A program made the translations under genes and the position numbers. Positions 1-10,800 of a DNA stretch of 64,000 nucleotides are shown here, piece by piece. The first letter of the stretch is position 1, and every line of letters starts with the position of its first letter. Source of the DNA: an uncultured virus (IMG/VR IMGVR_UViG_3300030106_006575) (taxonomy: Duplodnaviria > Heunggongvirae > Uroviricota > Caudoviricetes); the IMG/VR virus record IMGVR_UViG_3300030106_006575, one strand, 5' to 3'. The notes below the pieces were generated by a model. The model saw only the letters and a list, made by a program, of their open reading frames with translations, was not told where the DNA came from and did not search any database.

Positions 1-2
1 CT

Positions 3-2570
3 TCTCTTGGTACTGGTTCTCTCGCCGCCGTTTGGTATATACGCGACGGCGCCGTCGTTCTTAAAGGAAAGCAGGTTTCGGCTCAACTCCAGGGCGATCT
101 CTCAACTGTGACTGGTTCAGCCGTGTTAATGAACTCGGAGGATAGCAGTTATACTTTCCAAGCTCAAATTTTGGACAATTCTAATAGCGCTCTCTACACT
201 ACAAAATTTAACTTTGATAGAACATCCGAGAATTATATCCGAAAAGTTTTTAATACTGATCCCATCTTGACAAATACAAGCGTGGTCGACTCAACTACTG
301 TCTCGGAGGGAAAAGGTAAGTATTTTCTTGGCGAGACATTTGAAAGCAACCTTTTCAACATCGTTGGAACGTCCGGCAATTCTTACGGAATGATTCTCCC
401 ACTCGTCAGTGGAAACTTTGCCGATTCTTCAGGAAGTATCGTCGTTGGTTATGAAGACCACCAAGAAGGGTTTAAGAACCCAGAAACAGGCTGGTTCTTC
501 TCTCAGGATCTTAGTACTGCCAACACTGATTATGCTGCCGAACGTATGACAAAACTGTTCAAGTTCCACGGACTTGATTCTGGCGAATGGTTGCAGAACA
601 ATATTAAGATTTCTATTGCAGACGTCAAAGCTCCAACAAATCTATCAAATCCATATGGAACTTTTACCATTCAAGTTCGACGCGCATCAGACACAGATAA
701 CGTTCCAGTGATTTTGGAGCAATTCACCAACTGTAATTTGAACCCCACTTCTGCTGATTATGTCGGCGTTAAGGTCGGCGACAAGTACATGTCGTTTGAC
801 TATGGCACGAACAGGCTCCGCGAATATGGTCAGTACAACAACAATTCCAAGTATATCCGCATCGAGATTAATCCGTCCATTCAGAGGGGGCAAGGAGACA
901 AAGAACTGCTTCCCTTCGGAGTCTTCGGACCAATCCGACCAACAGGCGTCCAGCTTATAGCCAATGAGAATAACACGGCTCACGGTACCCAAGCCATAAA
1001 TAGCGTTTATAACTTAGAGACTGTAGGCGGTCCGACAGGTCACCTGACCTCCGGTTCTTCCTTCTTCTGCTTTGACTCGGATTTTATTGCTAGTTATGGC
1101 GCCTCCATCTCCGGACGGCATGCTATGGATCGGCATGGTCCAAAGAGTTGGATATCACACGAAACGGGATCGACCTCGGTACCGGCGTTCACTGCATCCT
1201 ATGTTTTCCCGAGAACACTGATTAGAATCTCTGCTTCCGCCGGCGGTATGAGCGATCCTAAAGAGGCTTATTTCGGACTTCAAACCGGCAAAACACTATC
1301 TGACCCCACATTTGATCCCGGGTACGGCGATTATCTCCGACGTTTGCCAGCCGGTTATGGGCAGGTGGATACCATAAGTGGTCCCCCGGCCGACCGTGCA
1401 TACTCTTGGGTTTTCTCCCTTGACGATGTGAGGACTGTTATTGACGGCGACATCGCCCAAGCGGGGTTCTGGCAATCTGGCTCAAGAAGGGCTGGTGATT
1501 CACTTACCGCTATGAGTTCTTCATACAAGCAAATTCTAGACGAAGGTTACGACCGTTTCACCTCCCCCTTGTATGGCGGATTTGACGGACTTGATATCTT
1601 CGAAGCAGAGCCGTTTAGAAATTCAAACATCGGATCCTCAGATACGCAGTACACCAACTATGCTTACAACACTGTGAAGCGAGCAATCGATACTTGCGCC
1701 GATCCAGAGTTTGTCGAAACCAATATAATGACTGTTCCTGGGCTGACTGCCAAGAACCTTACCAAACATCTTATCAATGTTTGTGAAGCTCGTGCCGATG
1801 CCCTGGCTCTCATTGATATTGAAAATGTCTATACACCTTTTACCGAGAACACTAACTCGTTCCAAAGCAATGTTGGTACCGTGGCTTCAGCCATTAGTTC
1901 ACTAAGAACCAGAGACATTAACAGCAGCTATGCAGCTACTTATTATCCTTGGGTTCAGATTGTCGATCCAACCACTTCTCAACTCTTGTGGGCTCCCCCA
2001 TCAGTTGCAGCACTTGGAACATACGCTAGCTCCGAGGCCGCATCTGAACTTTGGTTCGCCCCGGCTGGTTTTACCAGAGGTGGACTGACTCAAGGTTCTG
2101 CTGGAATATCAGTTGTCAATGTTTCTGAGACGGTAGTAAAAAAGGATAGAGATAAGCTCTATACTGCTAACATTAACCCAATCGCTTCATTCCCTGCTGA
2201 AGGTATTGTAATCTTTGGACAAAAGACTTTGCAAGTGACTCCTTCAGCGCTGGACAGAATCAATGTTCGAAGGCTTATGATCTTTGTCAAGAAAGAGATT
2301 TCTCGCATGGCAGCAACGATCTTGTTTGACCAGAATGTGAAAACTACTTGGGCTCGGTTCCTTAGCGAAGTTAAGCCATTCCTGGCTAGCGTCAAAACCC
2401 GTCATGGATTGACAGAGTTCAAGGTTGTTCTCGATGAGACAACTACGACACCGGACTTGGTTGATCGAAACATCTTGTATGCTAAGATTTTCTTGAAGCC
2501 TGCAAGAGCTATCGAATATATCGCAGTTGACTTTGTGATTACACGCACTGGCGCAGGGTTTGAGGACTAA
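3..2570 (+). CDS. Contractile tail sheath protein (5'-truncated by window edge)
   Basis: Frame is open from nt 3. C-terminal sheath motifs: YYPWV, WFAPAGFTRG, INPIA, IFGQKTLQ, ALDRINVRRL, PARAIEYIAVDF. Confidence 0.95.
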   Translation, partial: SLGTGSLAAVWYIRDGAVVLKGKQVSAQLQGDLSTVTGSAVLMNSEDSSYTFQAQILDNSNSALYTTKFNFDRTSENYIRKVFNTDPILTNTSVVDSTTVSEGKGKYFLGETFESNLFNIVGTSGNSYGMILPLVSGNFADSSGSIVVGYEDHQEGFKNPETGWFFSQDLSTANTDYAAERMTKLFKFHGLDSGEWLQNNIKISIADVKAPTNLSNPYGTFTIQVRRASDTDNVPVILEQFTNCNLNPTSADYVGVKVGDKYMSFDYGTNRLREYGQYNNNSKYIRIEINPSIQRGQGDKELLPFGVFGPIRPTGVQLIANENNTAHGTQAINSVYNLETVGGPTGHLTSGSSFFCFDSDFIASYGASISGRHAMDRHGPKSWISHETGSTSVPAFTASYVFPRTLIRISASAGGMSDPKEAYFGLQTGKTLSDPTFDPGYGDYLRRLPAGYGQVDTISGPPADRAYSWVFSLDDVRTVIDGDIAQAGFWQSGSRRAGDSLTAMSSSYKQILDEGYDRFTSPLYGGFDGLDIFEAEPFRNSNIGSSDTQYTNYAYNTVKRAIDTCADPEFVETNIMTVPGLTAKNLTKHLINVCEARADALALIDIENVYTPFTENTNSFQSNVGTVASAISSLRTRDINSSYAATYYPWVQIVDPTTSQLLWAPPSVAALGTYASSEAASELWFAPAGFTRGGLTQGSAGISVVNVSETVVKKDRDKLYTANINPIASFPAEGIVIFGQKTLQVTPSALDRINVRRLMIFVKKEISRMAATILFDQNVKTTWARFLSEVKPFLASVKTRHGLTEFKVVLDETTTTPDLVDRNILYAKIFLKPARAIEYIAVDFVITRTGAGFED

Positions 2571-2600
2571 TTAAAACAGGGTAGTTTTCCTACCCTTATC

Positions 2601-2614
2601 ACTATTTATTATAG
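2601..2614 (+). promoter_or_regulatory. Putative late promoter motif ACTATTTATTATAG
   Basis: Identical 14-mer at 34307; variants sit upstream of other structural-type genes. Confidence 0.55.
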
Positions 2615-2637
2615 AAAAGATTAAGGAGTAACAATTA

Positions 2638-3192
2638 ATGGCATTCTGGACAGACGTATCCGCTAACTTAACGGAACCGAAAAGAGCATATAGGTTTATC
2701 GTGAACATTGCTAACTTTCCGGATGGTGCACAATGGTACGCCAAGAGCGCAACCAAGCCCAGTTTTAATATTAATGAAGCAAAACATAGTTACCTGAATC
2801 ATAGTTTTTATTATCCGGGTCGCGTTGAGTGGAATCCTGTTTCGATTACTTTGGTCGATCCTGGACAGCCCGATGCATCAGCCAACCTTCTTGAATTCCT
2901 TTCAATGGCCGGCTATGCACCCCCTTCAACTCAAAATGATTTGAGTACACTTAGTAAAGGCGAAATGGTTTCGGCATTGGGACAGATAACTATAGAGCAG
3001 ATTGATTCTAATGGAAATATGCTTGAACAGTGGACTATGAATGGTTCTTGGATTACAGAAATCTCATATAGTGACCTTTCTTATGAAAGTGACGATCTAA
3101 CCGAATTGTCTCTAACAATACGTTATGATTGGGCGACGTGTAACACAACAAATCCATCGAATGAAGGCAACACTGAGTTCTTCCAGATCTAG
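2638..3192 (+). CDS. Tail tube protein (T4 gp19-like)
   Basis: Follows the sheath; EPKRAYRF, YYPGRVEWNPVSITLVDP, W..G.W, LSY..DD, LTIRYDWA pattern. Confidence 0.85.
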   Translation: MAFWTDVSANLTEPKRAYRFIVNIANFPDGAQWYAKSATKPSFNINEAKHSYLNHSFYYPGRVEWNPVSITLVDPGQPDASANLLEFLSMAGYAPPSTQNDLSTLSKGEMVSALGQITIEQIDSNGNMLEQWTMNGSWITEISYSDLSYESDDLTELSLTIRYDWATCNTTNPSNEGNTEFFQI

Positions 3193-3222
3193 CATAAAAA
3201 CAAATCCACTTTGAGGTGAAAA

Positions 3223-4071
3223 TTGAGTAGAAATAATCAGGGGCGAACTGGAGCCCCGAAACGACCTGAGCCGGCAGATGTACCGGTAACCCCTCCCGCG
3301 GGAGGCTTTTCCTTTGCGACCCCAACAGAATTTGTTGAGTTGCCGACACAAGGAAAGTATTATCCAGAAGGACATCCTCTTCACGGCGAAGAGAGTATTG
3401 AAATACGTTATATGACAGCTAAGGATGAGGATATTCTTACATCAGAAACTCTTCTTAAGAAAGGCTTGGCTATTGAGCGCCTGCTTCAAAGTGTCATTGT
3501 CAATAAGGCTATTGATGTTAATACTTTGTATGTTGGAGATAAGAACGCTATTCTTATTGCTGCTCGTATTACTGGCTATGGAAATCAATATACAACAAGA
3601 ACTTTGTGTCCAGGCTGCTCTGCGGTATCTGAGTTTACATACGATCTTTCAAAATTGAAATCTTATGACGGAAGCGACTGGGGTGATTTTAATATTAAGC
3701 CAGATGAAAATGATAGATTCTTCATCACATTGCCTCAGTCGGAAGTGGAAGTTGGGGTCCACTTGATGACAAGCAGGCACGAACGTGCGTTGACTGAAGC
3801 TACTTCCAAAAGGAAAAAACAAAAGCTTCCCGAAGCTATCTTGACGAACCAGATGAAAGCTTTCATCCATTCAGTTAATGGGCACACTGATGCTAAATCC
3901 ATTCAAACTTTTATTAATGGCGTCCCCGCTAGTGATTCTAAATATTTGAGAACTGCATATCAAACGTTGATTCCGAATGTGGATATGACTCAGTTGTTTA
4001 ACTGCGAGCCTTGCGGGCTTGAACAGGAGGTGACGGTGCCGTTCACCGCCGCGTTTCTATGGCCTAAATGA
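3223..4071 (+). CDS. Baseplate hub/tail assembly chaperone (gp26-like)
   Basis: VELPTQGKYY, MTAKDEDILT, GDKNAILIAARITGYG, two CxxC pairs; lies between tube and tape measure. Confidence 0.7.
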   Translation: MSRNNQGRTGAPKRPEPADVPVTPPAGGFSFATPTEFVELPTQGKYYPEGHPLHGEESIEIRYMTAKDEDILTSETLLKKGLAIERLLQSVIVNKAIDVNTLYVGDKNAILIAARITGYGNQYTTRTLCPGCSAVSEFTYDLSKLKSYDGSDWGDFNIKPDENDRFFITLPQSEVEVGVHLMTSRHERALTEATSKRKKQKLPEAILTNQMKAFIHSVNGHTDAKSIQTFINGVPASDSKYLRTAYQTLIPNVDMTQLFNCEPCGLEQEVTVPFTAAFLWPK

Positions 4072-4105
4072 TGAATACATAGGACAGGTTTACGAAGAGT
4101 TCTTT

Positions 4106-4291
4106 TTGTTGAAATACCACGGAGGCTGGAGTTTTGTTGAGGCTTATAACTTGCCAGTTGTTCTGAGGAGATGGTTTTTAAATAGACTGGCTAAGCAGAT
4201 GGAAGAGGAAAGAGAGCAACTGGAAAAAGCTAATAAAGGAAGCAAAGGAAAAACGTATGAAGTGGGACAGGGACCCCCGGGAACACCCTGA
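4106..4291 (+). CDS. Small tail-assembly protein, possibly the frameshifted C-terminus of the upstream chaperone
   Basis: YHGGWSFVEAYNLPV.LRRWF; frame open from 4034; weak own start (TTG). Confidence 0.6.
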   Translation: MLKYHGGWSFVEAYNLPVVLRRWFLNRLAKQMEEEREQLEKANKGSKGKTYEVGQGPPGTP

Positions 4292-4299
4292 ATGAACTA

Positions 4300-4336
4300 T
4301 AAGGCTGAAAGGGCAATACTTTCAGCCTTATTTAAT
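4300..4336 (+). terminator. Intrinsic terminator
   Basis: TAAGGCTGAAAG-loop-CTTTCAGCCTTA followed by a T-rich tract. Confidence 0.7.
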
Positions 4337-4374
4337 TTTAATAACTAATTACCATAAGGCAAGGAGATCTTTCA

Positions 4375-4719
4375 ATGGATAACGTTAATGAAGACAAGAT
4401 AGAAGAACACGTAATTGATTTTGAACAGCTGAGATCAGGGCTGCTTAATGAAACTTATTTGTCGTCTTTTGGTTCGGCAATTAAACTAATGTTGGACGAT
4501 ATGTTCGGAACTAGCTTTACTTCAATGGGCGTTAAAGTGAAAGGCACACCAAGAGAAACAAAAGCCTTTAAGCACGCCTTGGGCAGCGAAAAACGATACA
4601 TACAGTCTGCCAGAGAATTTGGCTTGGATAATCCTAGAACGTACAAGAATAAATCAAAGCTGGACGGCGCCATCAAAGGGTTTGAGAAGGTAACAGGTCT
4701 TAAGTGGCCGTTTAAATAG
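4375..4719 (+). CDS. Hypothetical protein in tail module
   Basis: AGGAG RBS, 114 aa, preceded by a late-like motif at 4344. Confidence 0.7.
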   Translation: MDNVNEDKIEEHVIDFEQLRSGLLNETYLSSFGSAIKLMLDDMFGTSFTSMGVKVKGTPRETKAFKHALGSEKRYIQSAREFGLDNPRTYKNKSKLDGAIKGFEKVTGLKWPFK

Positions 4720-4730
4720 GGGATTCTTAA

Positions 4731-6485
4731 ATGGCAAATGGTAATCTGACACCAGAACAAATCGAGGCTATGAAAAAATCAGTCGACCTCATGGATGCGG
4801 AAATTAAGGCTCTGGAAAAGCTGGATAAACTTAATGCAAAAGCCCAGCAAGATCTCGCTACGCTTATTAGTGAACGAAGAGAACTCAATGAAGCGATAAG
4901 AGATGCCACCGCCGCCCAAAATGAGCTTAATGCATCCTCTGCTGCATTCGAGGGCCGAGCCGAATCGATGATCGACGCGTTGACTGGCTTAAACGCCAAC
5001 TGGAAAAACCAATCTAAAGCAATATTATTCTCTAAGGAAGGCTTTGAAGGGTTAGGCGGTGCTATAACGAAATTAGCCGGACCAATGACGATTGCTGGAA
5101 ACCTCGCAACAACAATGGCCGAAACCTCGATTGAACTCGCAATGGCAACTGAAAATGCTTCTGTTGCGTTCAACAAGCAGACAGGTATGGCCCGCAAGTA
5201 TGCAAGCGAAATAGCGTCAGTCGAAGTCGTAACTCGTGGACTCTATATGAGCGTTGGCGATCTTTATGACGTTTATGGTGATTTGTCTATTGGACTCCAA
5301 ACGTTTGGAAGACTGAGTGAAGATCAAAGAAGCACAGTAGCACAAAACGTCGCCCTCTTGGATAAGATGGGTGTATCTTCCGATGTGTCTGCTGAAAATA
5401 TTAAACATATGAATGCTGCAATGGGGATGACGGTGGTGGAGGCTTCCGAGGCTTTGCACGGTATGTATGCTTTTGCACAACAAAATGATATTGCAACCGC
5501 ACAGATGATGCAAGACTTTGAAGGTTCGCAGGCTACTCTGGCTAAATTTGGATCAGCCGGAGTAGATGTATTCCTCGACCTCGCCCTTGCCGCAGAAAAA
5601 TCAAATATGGCTGTTGGGGACCTCATAAGAATAACGGAACAGTTTGACGCATTTGATACCGCAGCAGAAGCTGTTGGAAGGCTTAACGCAGTCTTAGGCG
5701 GAGCTTACCTCAATGCTATAGAGATGACTATGACGACTAATCCGGTAGAAAGAATGCATATGCTTAAAGAAGCGCTTGACGCAACTGGCAGAAGTTTTGA
5801 TAGTATGGCCTATTATGAAAGAAAAGCCATTGCAGACGCCGCGGGGCTTAAAGATGTTAGTGAACTAGCTCTGGTAATGGGTGGAAACTTCGAACTTGTT
5901 AACCAAGAACTTAATTTGACACAAGAACAAATTGAAGCGAATGCACAACAGGCAAAAGATTTTACTACTATAATGGACCAGTTAAGATATGTTATGATGC
6001 AGCTTGCCATAGGGCTTGGTCCTGTGGTCGATTTTCTCAAGACGATGATAGACGCATATGTGTCGCTAGACCCAGCAGTAAAAGGAATAATTAAATTTGC
6101 TGTTCTTGCCACGGCAATAGGAATGGCCATTTTTTCGATTGTGGCCGCACTAGGCCCACTTCTCGCCGCCGCCGGCGCCGCAGCAGGAGCGCTTGGTATT
6201 TCCACCGGTGGGCTTGCTGCCATCGCCGCAGCAATTGGTGTCACCGGCGCCGCAGTGGCTATGTTTACGGGAACCGCCGCACCCACAGCCGGCACCGGCG
6301 CCACAGGCTCGATTAACCGAAGCGCCGCAGCCAACACAGCCGCTGGACGCACTGTGAATGTCAATGTTCCGGCTCAAACAATGGGTGATGTTGTCTTGCA
6401 AGTTAATAACCGAGAATTGGGCAGATTACAGGCAGAAAACAGAGCCCGCGCTGCCGGACGCCCCCTCAGCGTAACAGGTGGCTGA
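4731..6485 (+). CDS. Tape measure protein
   Basis: Ala-rich helical/coiled-coil protein with a hydrophobic Gly/Ala C-terminal segment; position after the chaperones. Confidence 0.75.
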   Translation: MANGNLTPEQIEAMKKSVDLMDAEIKALEKLDKLNAKAQQDLATLISERRELNEAIRDATAAQNELNASSAAFEGRAESMIDALTGLNANWKNQSKAILFSKEGFEGLGGAITKLAGPMTIAGNLATTMAETSIELAMATENASVAFNKQTGMARKYASEIASVEVVTRGLYMSVGDLYDVYGDLSIGLQTFGRLSEDQRSTVAQNVALLDKMGVSSDVSAENIKHMNAAMGMTVVEASEALHGMYAFAQQNDIATAQMMQDFEGSQATLAKFGSAGVDVFLDLALAAEKSNMAVGDLIRITEQFDAFDTAAEAVGRLNAVLGGAYLNAIEMTMTTNPVERMHMLKEALDATGRSFDSMAYYERKAIADAAGLKDVSELALVMGGNFELVNQELNLTQEQIEANAQQAKDFTTIMDQLRYVMMQLAIGLGPVVDFLKTMIDAYVSLDPAVKGIIKFAVLATAIGMAIFSIVAALGPLLAAAGAAAGALGISTGGLAAIAAAIGVTGAAVAMFTGTAAPTAGTGATGSINRSAAANTAAGRTVNVNVPAQTMGDVVLQVNNRELGRLQAENRARAAGRPLSVTGG

Positions 6486-6603
6486 TGAGCTAAATCACAA
6501 GCTTTTAAAGAAAGACAATCGTTTAGGCTTGTGTATGGACAATTTATTATATCTCTTTCTATTTATATTATGGGTTCTATAGAGAATAGGAGGGACTTCT
6601 AGT

Positions 6604-7443
6604 TTGCCAGAACAATATGTCGATGGAAAACCGGTTGGAGAGCAGTATACCGATGGAAAAGTGCTTGATCAAGAGGGCGAAGGGCTTGTCAAAGAATTTT
6701 CTGCTAATCCGTTTAGGGCAGTAGACTTTACCGACTCTTATGCCAATAATAAGAATTATATTATAGCGATCTCTCATCTTCCATCAGGCACAACAACGAC
6801 TTTCAAAGGTATGTTAACTGACTATCAAGATCAGTTTACTTCTGATTGGGCAAGTGAATCAGTATATGGTAGGATGGATGACATCCATACTTTTAGAAGT
6901 ACCAAAAGACAGATTACGCTCGCTTTCGTAGCTCCCGCCTTTAATGTCAAGGAAGCTCGCAGAAATTTATTAGAAGTCTCGAAGTTAGCCAAGCAGCTTT
7001 ATCCATCTTATACCAGCGGTGGAGGAGCAACCTCAATCTCTAGACCTCCATTGCTCAGATTAAAGTTTACAAACTTAATTAAAAACGCTGGACCAGGACA
7101 AGGCGGAATATTGGGAAAAATGAATGGCTTTACCTTCGCACCCAATTTAGATGCTGGCTTCTTTGATTACCCTGATCTTCTTTATCCAAAACAGATTGAT
7201 ATTGCCTTTACCTATGATGTTATGCACGAGCATAGCGTTGGCTGGGGTGACGATGGTCTGTGGCTGGAAGGGAGTGCCTTCCCTTATTTGACGCCTCAAG
7301 ATCTAGAGTTGTCAGACCAGGAAGGACCCAAGACCGGCACTGGTGTCTCCGCGGACGCAATGGGCTTGGAGCCCGGGCTTGATTCGACAGCCGACTTGAG
7401 TGCAGCGCTGGGAGATAGTTCTGATTTTGAGAATTTAGCTTAA
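6604..7443 (+). CDS. Baseplate/tube-initiator-like protein
   Basis: W..ESVYGRMD.I.TF..T.R.I.L.F and LYP.Y...PPLLRL motifs typical of myophage baseplate proteins. Confidence 0.6.
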   Translation: MPEQYVDGKPVGEQYTDGKVLDQEGEGLVKEFSANPFRAVDFTDSYANNKNYIIAISHLPSGTTTTFKGMLTDYQDQFTSDWASESVYGRMDDIHTFRSTKRQITLAFVAPAFNVKEARRNLLEVSKLAKQLYPSYTSGGGATSISRPPLLRLKFTNLIKNAGPGQGGILGKMNGFTFAPNLDAGFFDYPDLLYPKQIDIAFTYDVMHEHSVGWGDDGLWLEGSAFPYLTPQDLELSDQEGPKTGTGVSADAMGLEPGLDSTADLSAALGDSSDFENLA

Positions 7444-7460
7444 CAATAGGAAACTAACAA

Positions 7461-7802
7461 ATGGCATCTAGATACGGAAGTAGAAGAGTAGTAAGAAATA
7501 ACGCTGAGATATATGAGGAACATTTCAAAAAGAGAAAAGTTCGTCATATTAACCAGTACAGAACACCCAGATTAAAGCATCTCACTCCCAACCAGCGCGC
7601 CAACCTAAATAGGGTTAAGTACACTTGGAAACTTGGAGATCGTTATTGGAAGTTGGCTGCTGAGTATTATGGTGATGCTAAGTATTGGTGGGTAATAGCG
7701 TGGTATAATCAGAAGCCAACTGAAAGTATGGTGGAGCTTGGCGACACTGTAATCATACCATTGCCTCTAGAAACTGTTTTAGAGGGACTGAAGTATTATT
7801 GA
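7461..7802 (+). CDS. LysM-like baseplate wedge protein (gp53/tail X-like)
   Basis: GDRYWKLAAEYYGDAKYWWVIAWYN...GDTVIIP. Confidence 0.75.
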   Translation: MASRYGSRRVVRNNAEIYEEHFKKRKVRHINQYRTPRLKHLTPNQRANLNRVKYTWKLGDRYWKLAAEYYGDAKYWWVIAWYNQKPTESMVELGDTVIIPLPLETVLEGLKYY

Positions 7803-7816
7803 GGATGATCTAAGAT

Positions 7817-10800
7817 ATGCCAAATGAAAATGGGAATAATGTTTACGGAGAAAGCGATCCAGAGACAGCCCCAGAGGGGTATGGTGGTGAGCAGGAAAGC
7901 TTCCAGTTTGATGTAGAAGTGCAGCCCCCACCGGCCGAACAACGACGTCTCGCGGCCGAACGAAATCGCCTCGCGTATGAGCGAGCGCTCGCAGCAGACG
8001 AAGCCTTCATCGCCAGCGGTGGGGTTACTGGCGAGATGAATGCCGCCGAGCAACGCCGCTTGCAACAAGGGGGGACAGATTTTGGCAGAACTGCGGACGA
8101 AGAAGATGTCCGCGAAGGTTTAGAGATGCACACTACTGGGCAAGCGGATTTGCCGGAAGGAACACATTATCGCGGCGGAATACTCACTGTCGAAGAAGAG
8201 CCAACCAGTAAAACTCCACCAGAACCCGATTCATCTCAGAAGCGATTTGCTGAACAGTGTTATTTGGCCTGGAACCTCCCAACTTTAGCCGCTTATCATC
8301 AGATGTCAATGACGCCTCCATCGATTCAAGGCGAAACCGCTATAGGCAGGACAGAGGTTGAACGGTCCGCCTACTATGCATACAGAAGGACTCATCTTTT
8401 CGATGCGACAAAACCCGAAACAGCGGCCTTATTTATGACAAAATTAAATATGAGACCTGGGACAGAAAAGCTTTTGGATGCTAAGACGAATGAATTGTCG
8501 GAGTTGATTCCGAAGATTAAAATATATAAGATTGTTCATTCCGAAGGTACGAGATATGATGTACCTTTTAGATTTTTTGATCATACAATCACTCAAGCTG
8601 ATGCAGAAGAATTTTGGGACAGCCAGTCACCAGAAAATGACGCGTCAATTTTCGGACAAACTCCAGGCGGATTTCAAGGAAGAACCGGTGTTGGCATTAA
8701 ATCTTTTGATTGGGAGTATGTTGGCCAAACTGAACACACCGTCGAAAGAGAAATCCGAGCCAAATTAGTATTATTCGGCCAAAGCATGGATGAGTTTGCC
8801 AGAATGAGACAGGAGGTGGTCCCGGCTACATTTGAGGACGAAGTAGAGTTTGTAACAAAAGAATACTCTTATCTAGACTTGATTGTGCATCCTCCAATAA
8901 GAGACGCCGCCGAGGGCAACATTGAGGACACTAGTGTGGAAGATATGGAGGATCCTGATTCGCTCGCAAGTGCTGAGCCACACTTTGGTTCGCCTTATAG
9001 CCGCGGCCAAGGCGCCGGTAGTATGACCGTTCAGGACGAAGGCGAAGGCTTTGAAATAAAGGCGGTTGTTGGTTGGAATAGTATTGATCACGGTGAAACA
9101 ACTGTTAGCTCGGGAGTGCAAGACTCTACGAGAGCAGGACAAACGGTGATCACTTTATCTTTTGTGGATCACGAGTTTTCTATAAATGAAGACGGCACGA
9201 TATTATTGACTATACAATATATTGGTGCCCTACAGAGTTTATTGGATCTCACAAAGGCTAATGTTTTAATGACCGGCGGCGCCTTTGGGTCTGCTGGCTC
9301 CAATTCACCATTTGGCGAATATCACCGTAATATACGAATGTATGAAGCTGAATTAAAGAGGTTGGCGAATTCGGGTTGTGCCGAGGTAGACACGGCTCTT
9401 GGCGCCGGTCCCCGTGCACACGACCCTTGGGAGCAGGCGTTCATTGAAAATTCCATTGAGAAAAATAGACAAAGAGAAATTAGAAGAGGCGCCGCAATAA
9501 TCGGCGCCGGCGGCTTCACAGGCGTCGTTCTTGCCGAAGCGCTCGACAAAGAGGTTTATACCGGAACCGATGAACAAGAGGAAGAACTAAGGGACCAAGC
9601 TGAAAGGGAGTTACAACAAGCAAAAATTGATCGGCTTAATGAATTGGTAACAGAGTCAATGGATACTTTAAGAAGAGAGAGTATGGCAACAATGTTTCAA
9701 TTCTTAATGGACCCGAGGCCGATTTATCCAGAAGTTGAAGGCAAAAGACTAATGTACACAATTCCGATAACAAAAGAACTTATCGGACGTTTTGCAAACA
9801 ACTCAGTTCTTCCAGATGTAGGGGATTATATAGATGCATCGGCCATTGGTAGCGGAGATATCGCTGTCGGGCCCGATGCTCCCCAAGAAGATTTGTTGGA
9901 TGAGGTCACCGAAGCCCAGTTAGAAACAGCGGCATCGGCCCCCGGATATTTAGAGCACGTCTCAACTAGAGTCGGTGCTGGTGCAGCTATTGGCGCCGGG
10001 GTCGGCGCCGTTGCTGGAGCGGGCGTAGGAGGTGTCCCGGGATGGGCTGTAGGAGCATTAGCAGGCTTAGTTGTTGGCACGGCTACTTATCTTACTCGCG
10101 AAGAGGCGCCCCCGTTAGACAACTACGATGCGATATCTGCGTGGGATCCCAATGATCCGACCACTCACTACATCAATTACTTTTATTTGGGAGATTTAGT
10201 TGACATTTTAGCTTTCTTGGTATTAGGAAACACGGATGATTCTGCGTTTTATAGCGAAGACGACGATTATTTCAAAGCAAAATATGCTTTTAAGAAAGAA
10301 CAGGTGCAAGATGCAATGGTTCTCATGGGCCCAATGACGGTCACGGTACCATCTTTAGGAATAGATATGCCGATAAATATTTCCGATATACCAATATCAG
10401 TTAGAATGTTTGTTGAGTTCTTTCAAAGAAATGTTATTGAGAAAGATAGGATGGTATATCCATTTTACAGTTTTGTTAAAGACCTCATAGATCAAGTGGC
10501 GGTCCGCGCACTCGGCGCCGACTGTTTTTCTGGTATACATACTGGCGGTCAGCAACAGATAAACACCACAACGCTTAATGGCCCTCCTGTCGAGGGGAGC
10601 GAAGATCCAATATATTCAAGATACCTTGAAGAGGTTGATACGATTGAGAGAGAGCAAGGTATTGATGATGTTGGAGACAGTCCCTCGGCAGGCGAAGGTG
10701 CCGCGGGCGTAACGGCACGTCTAGATTTGGAAAAATATGGATACACAAAGCCTATTTTTACAAACAATATGGGAGCCAGCAACCAGATTAATAGTAGAGT

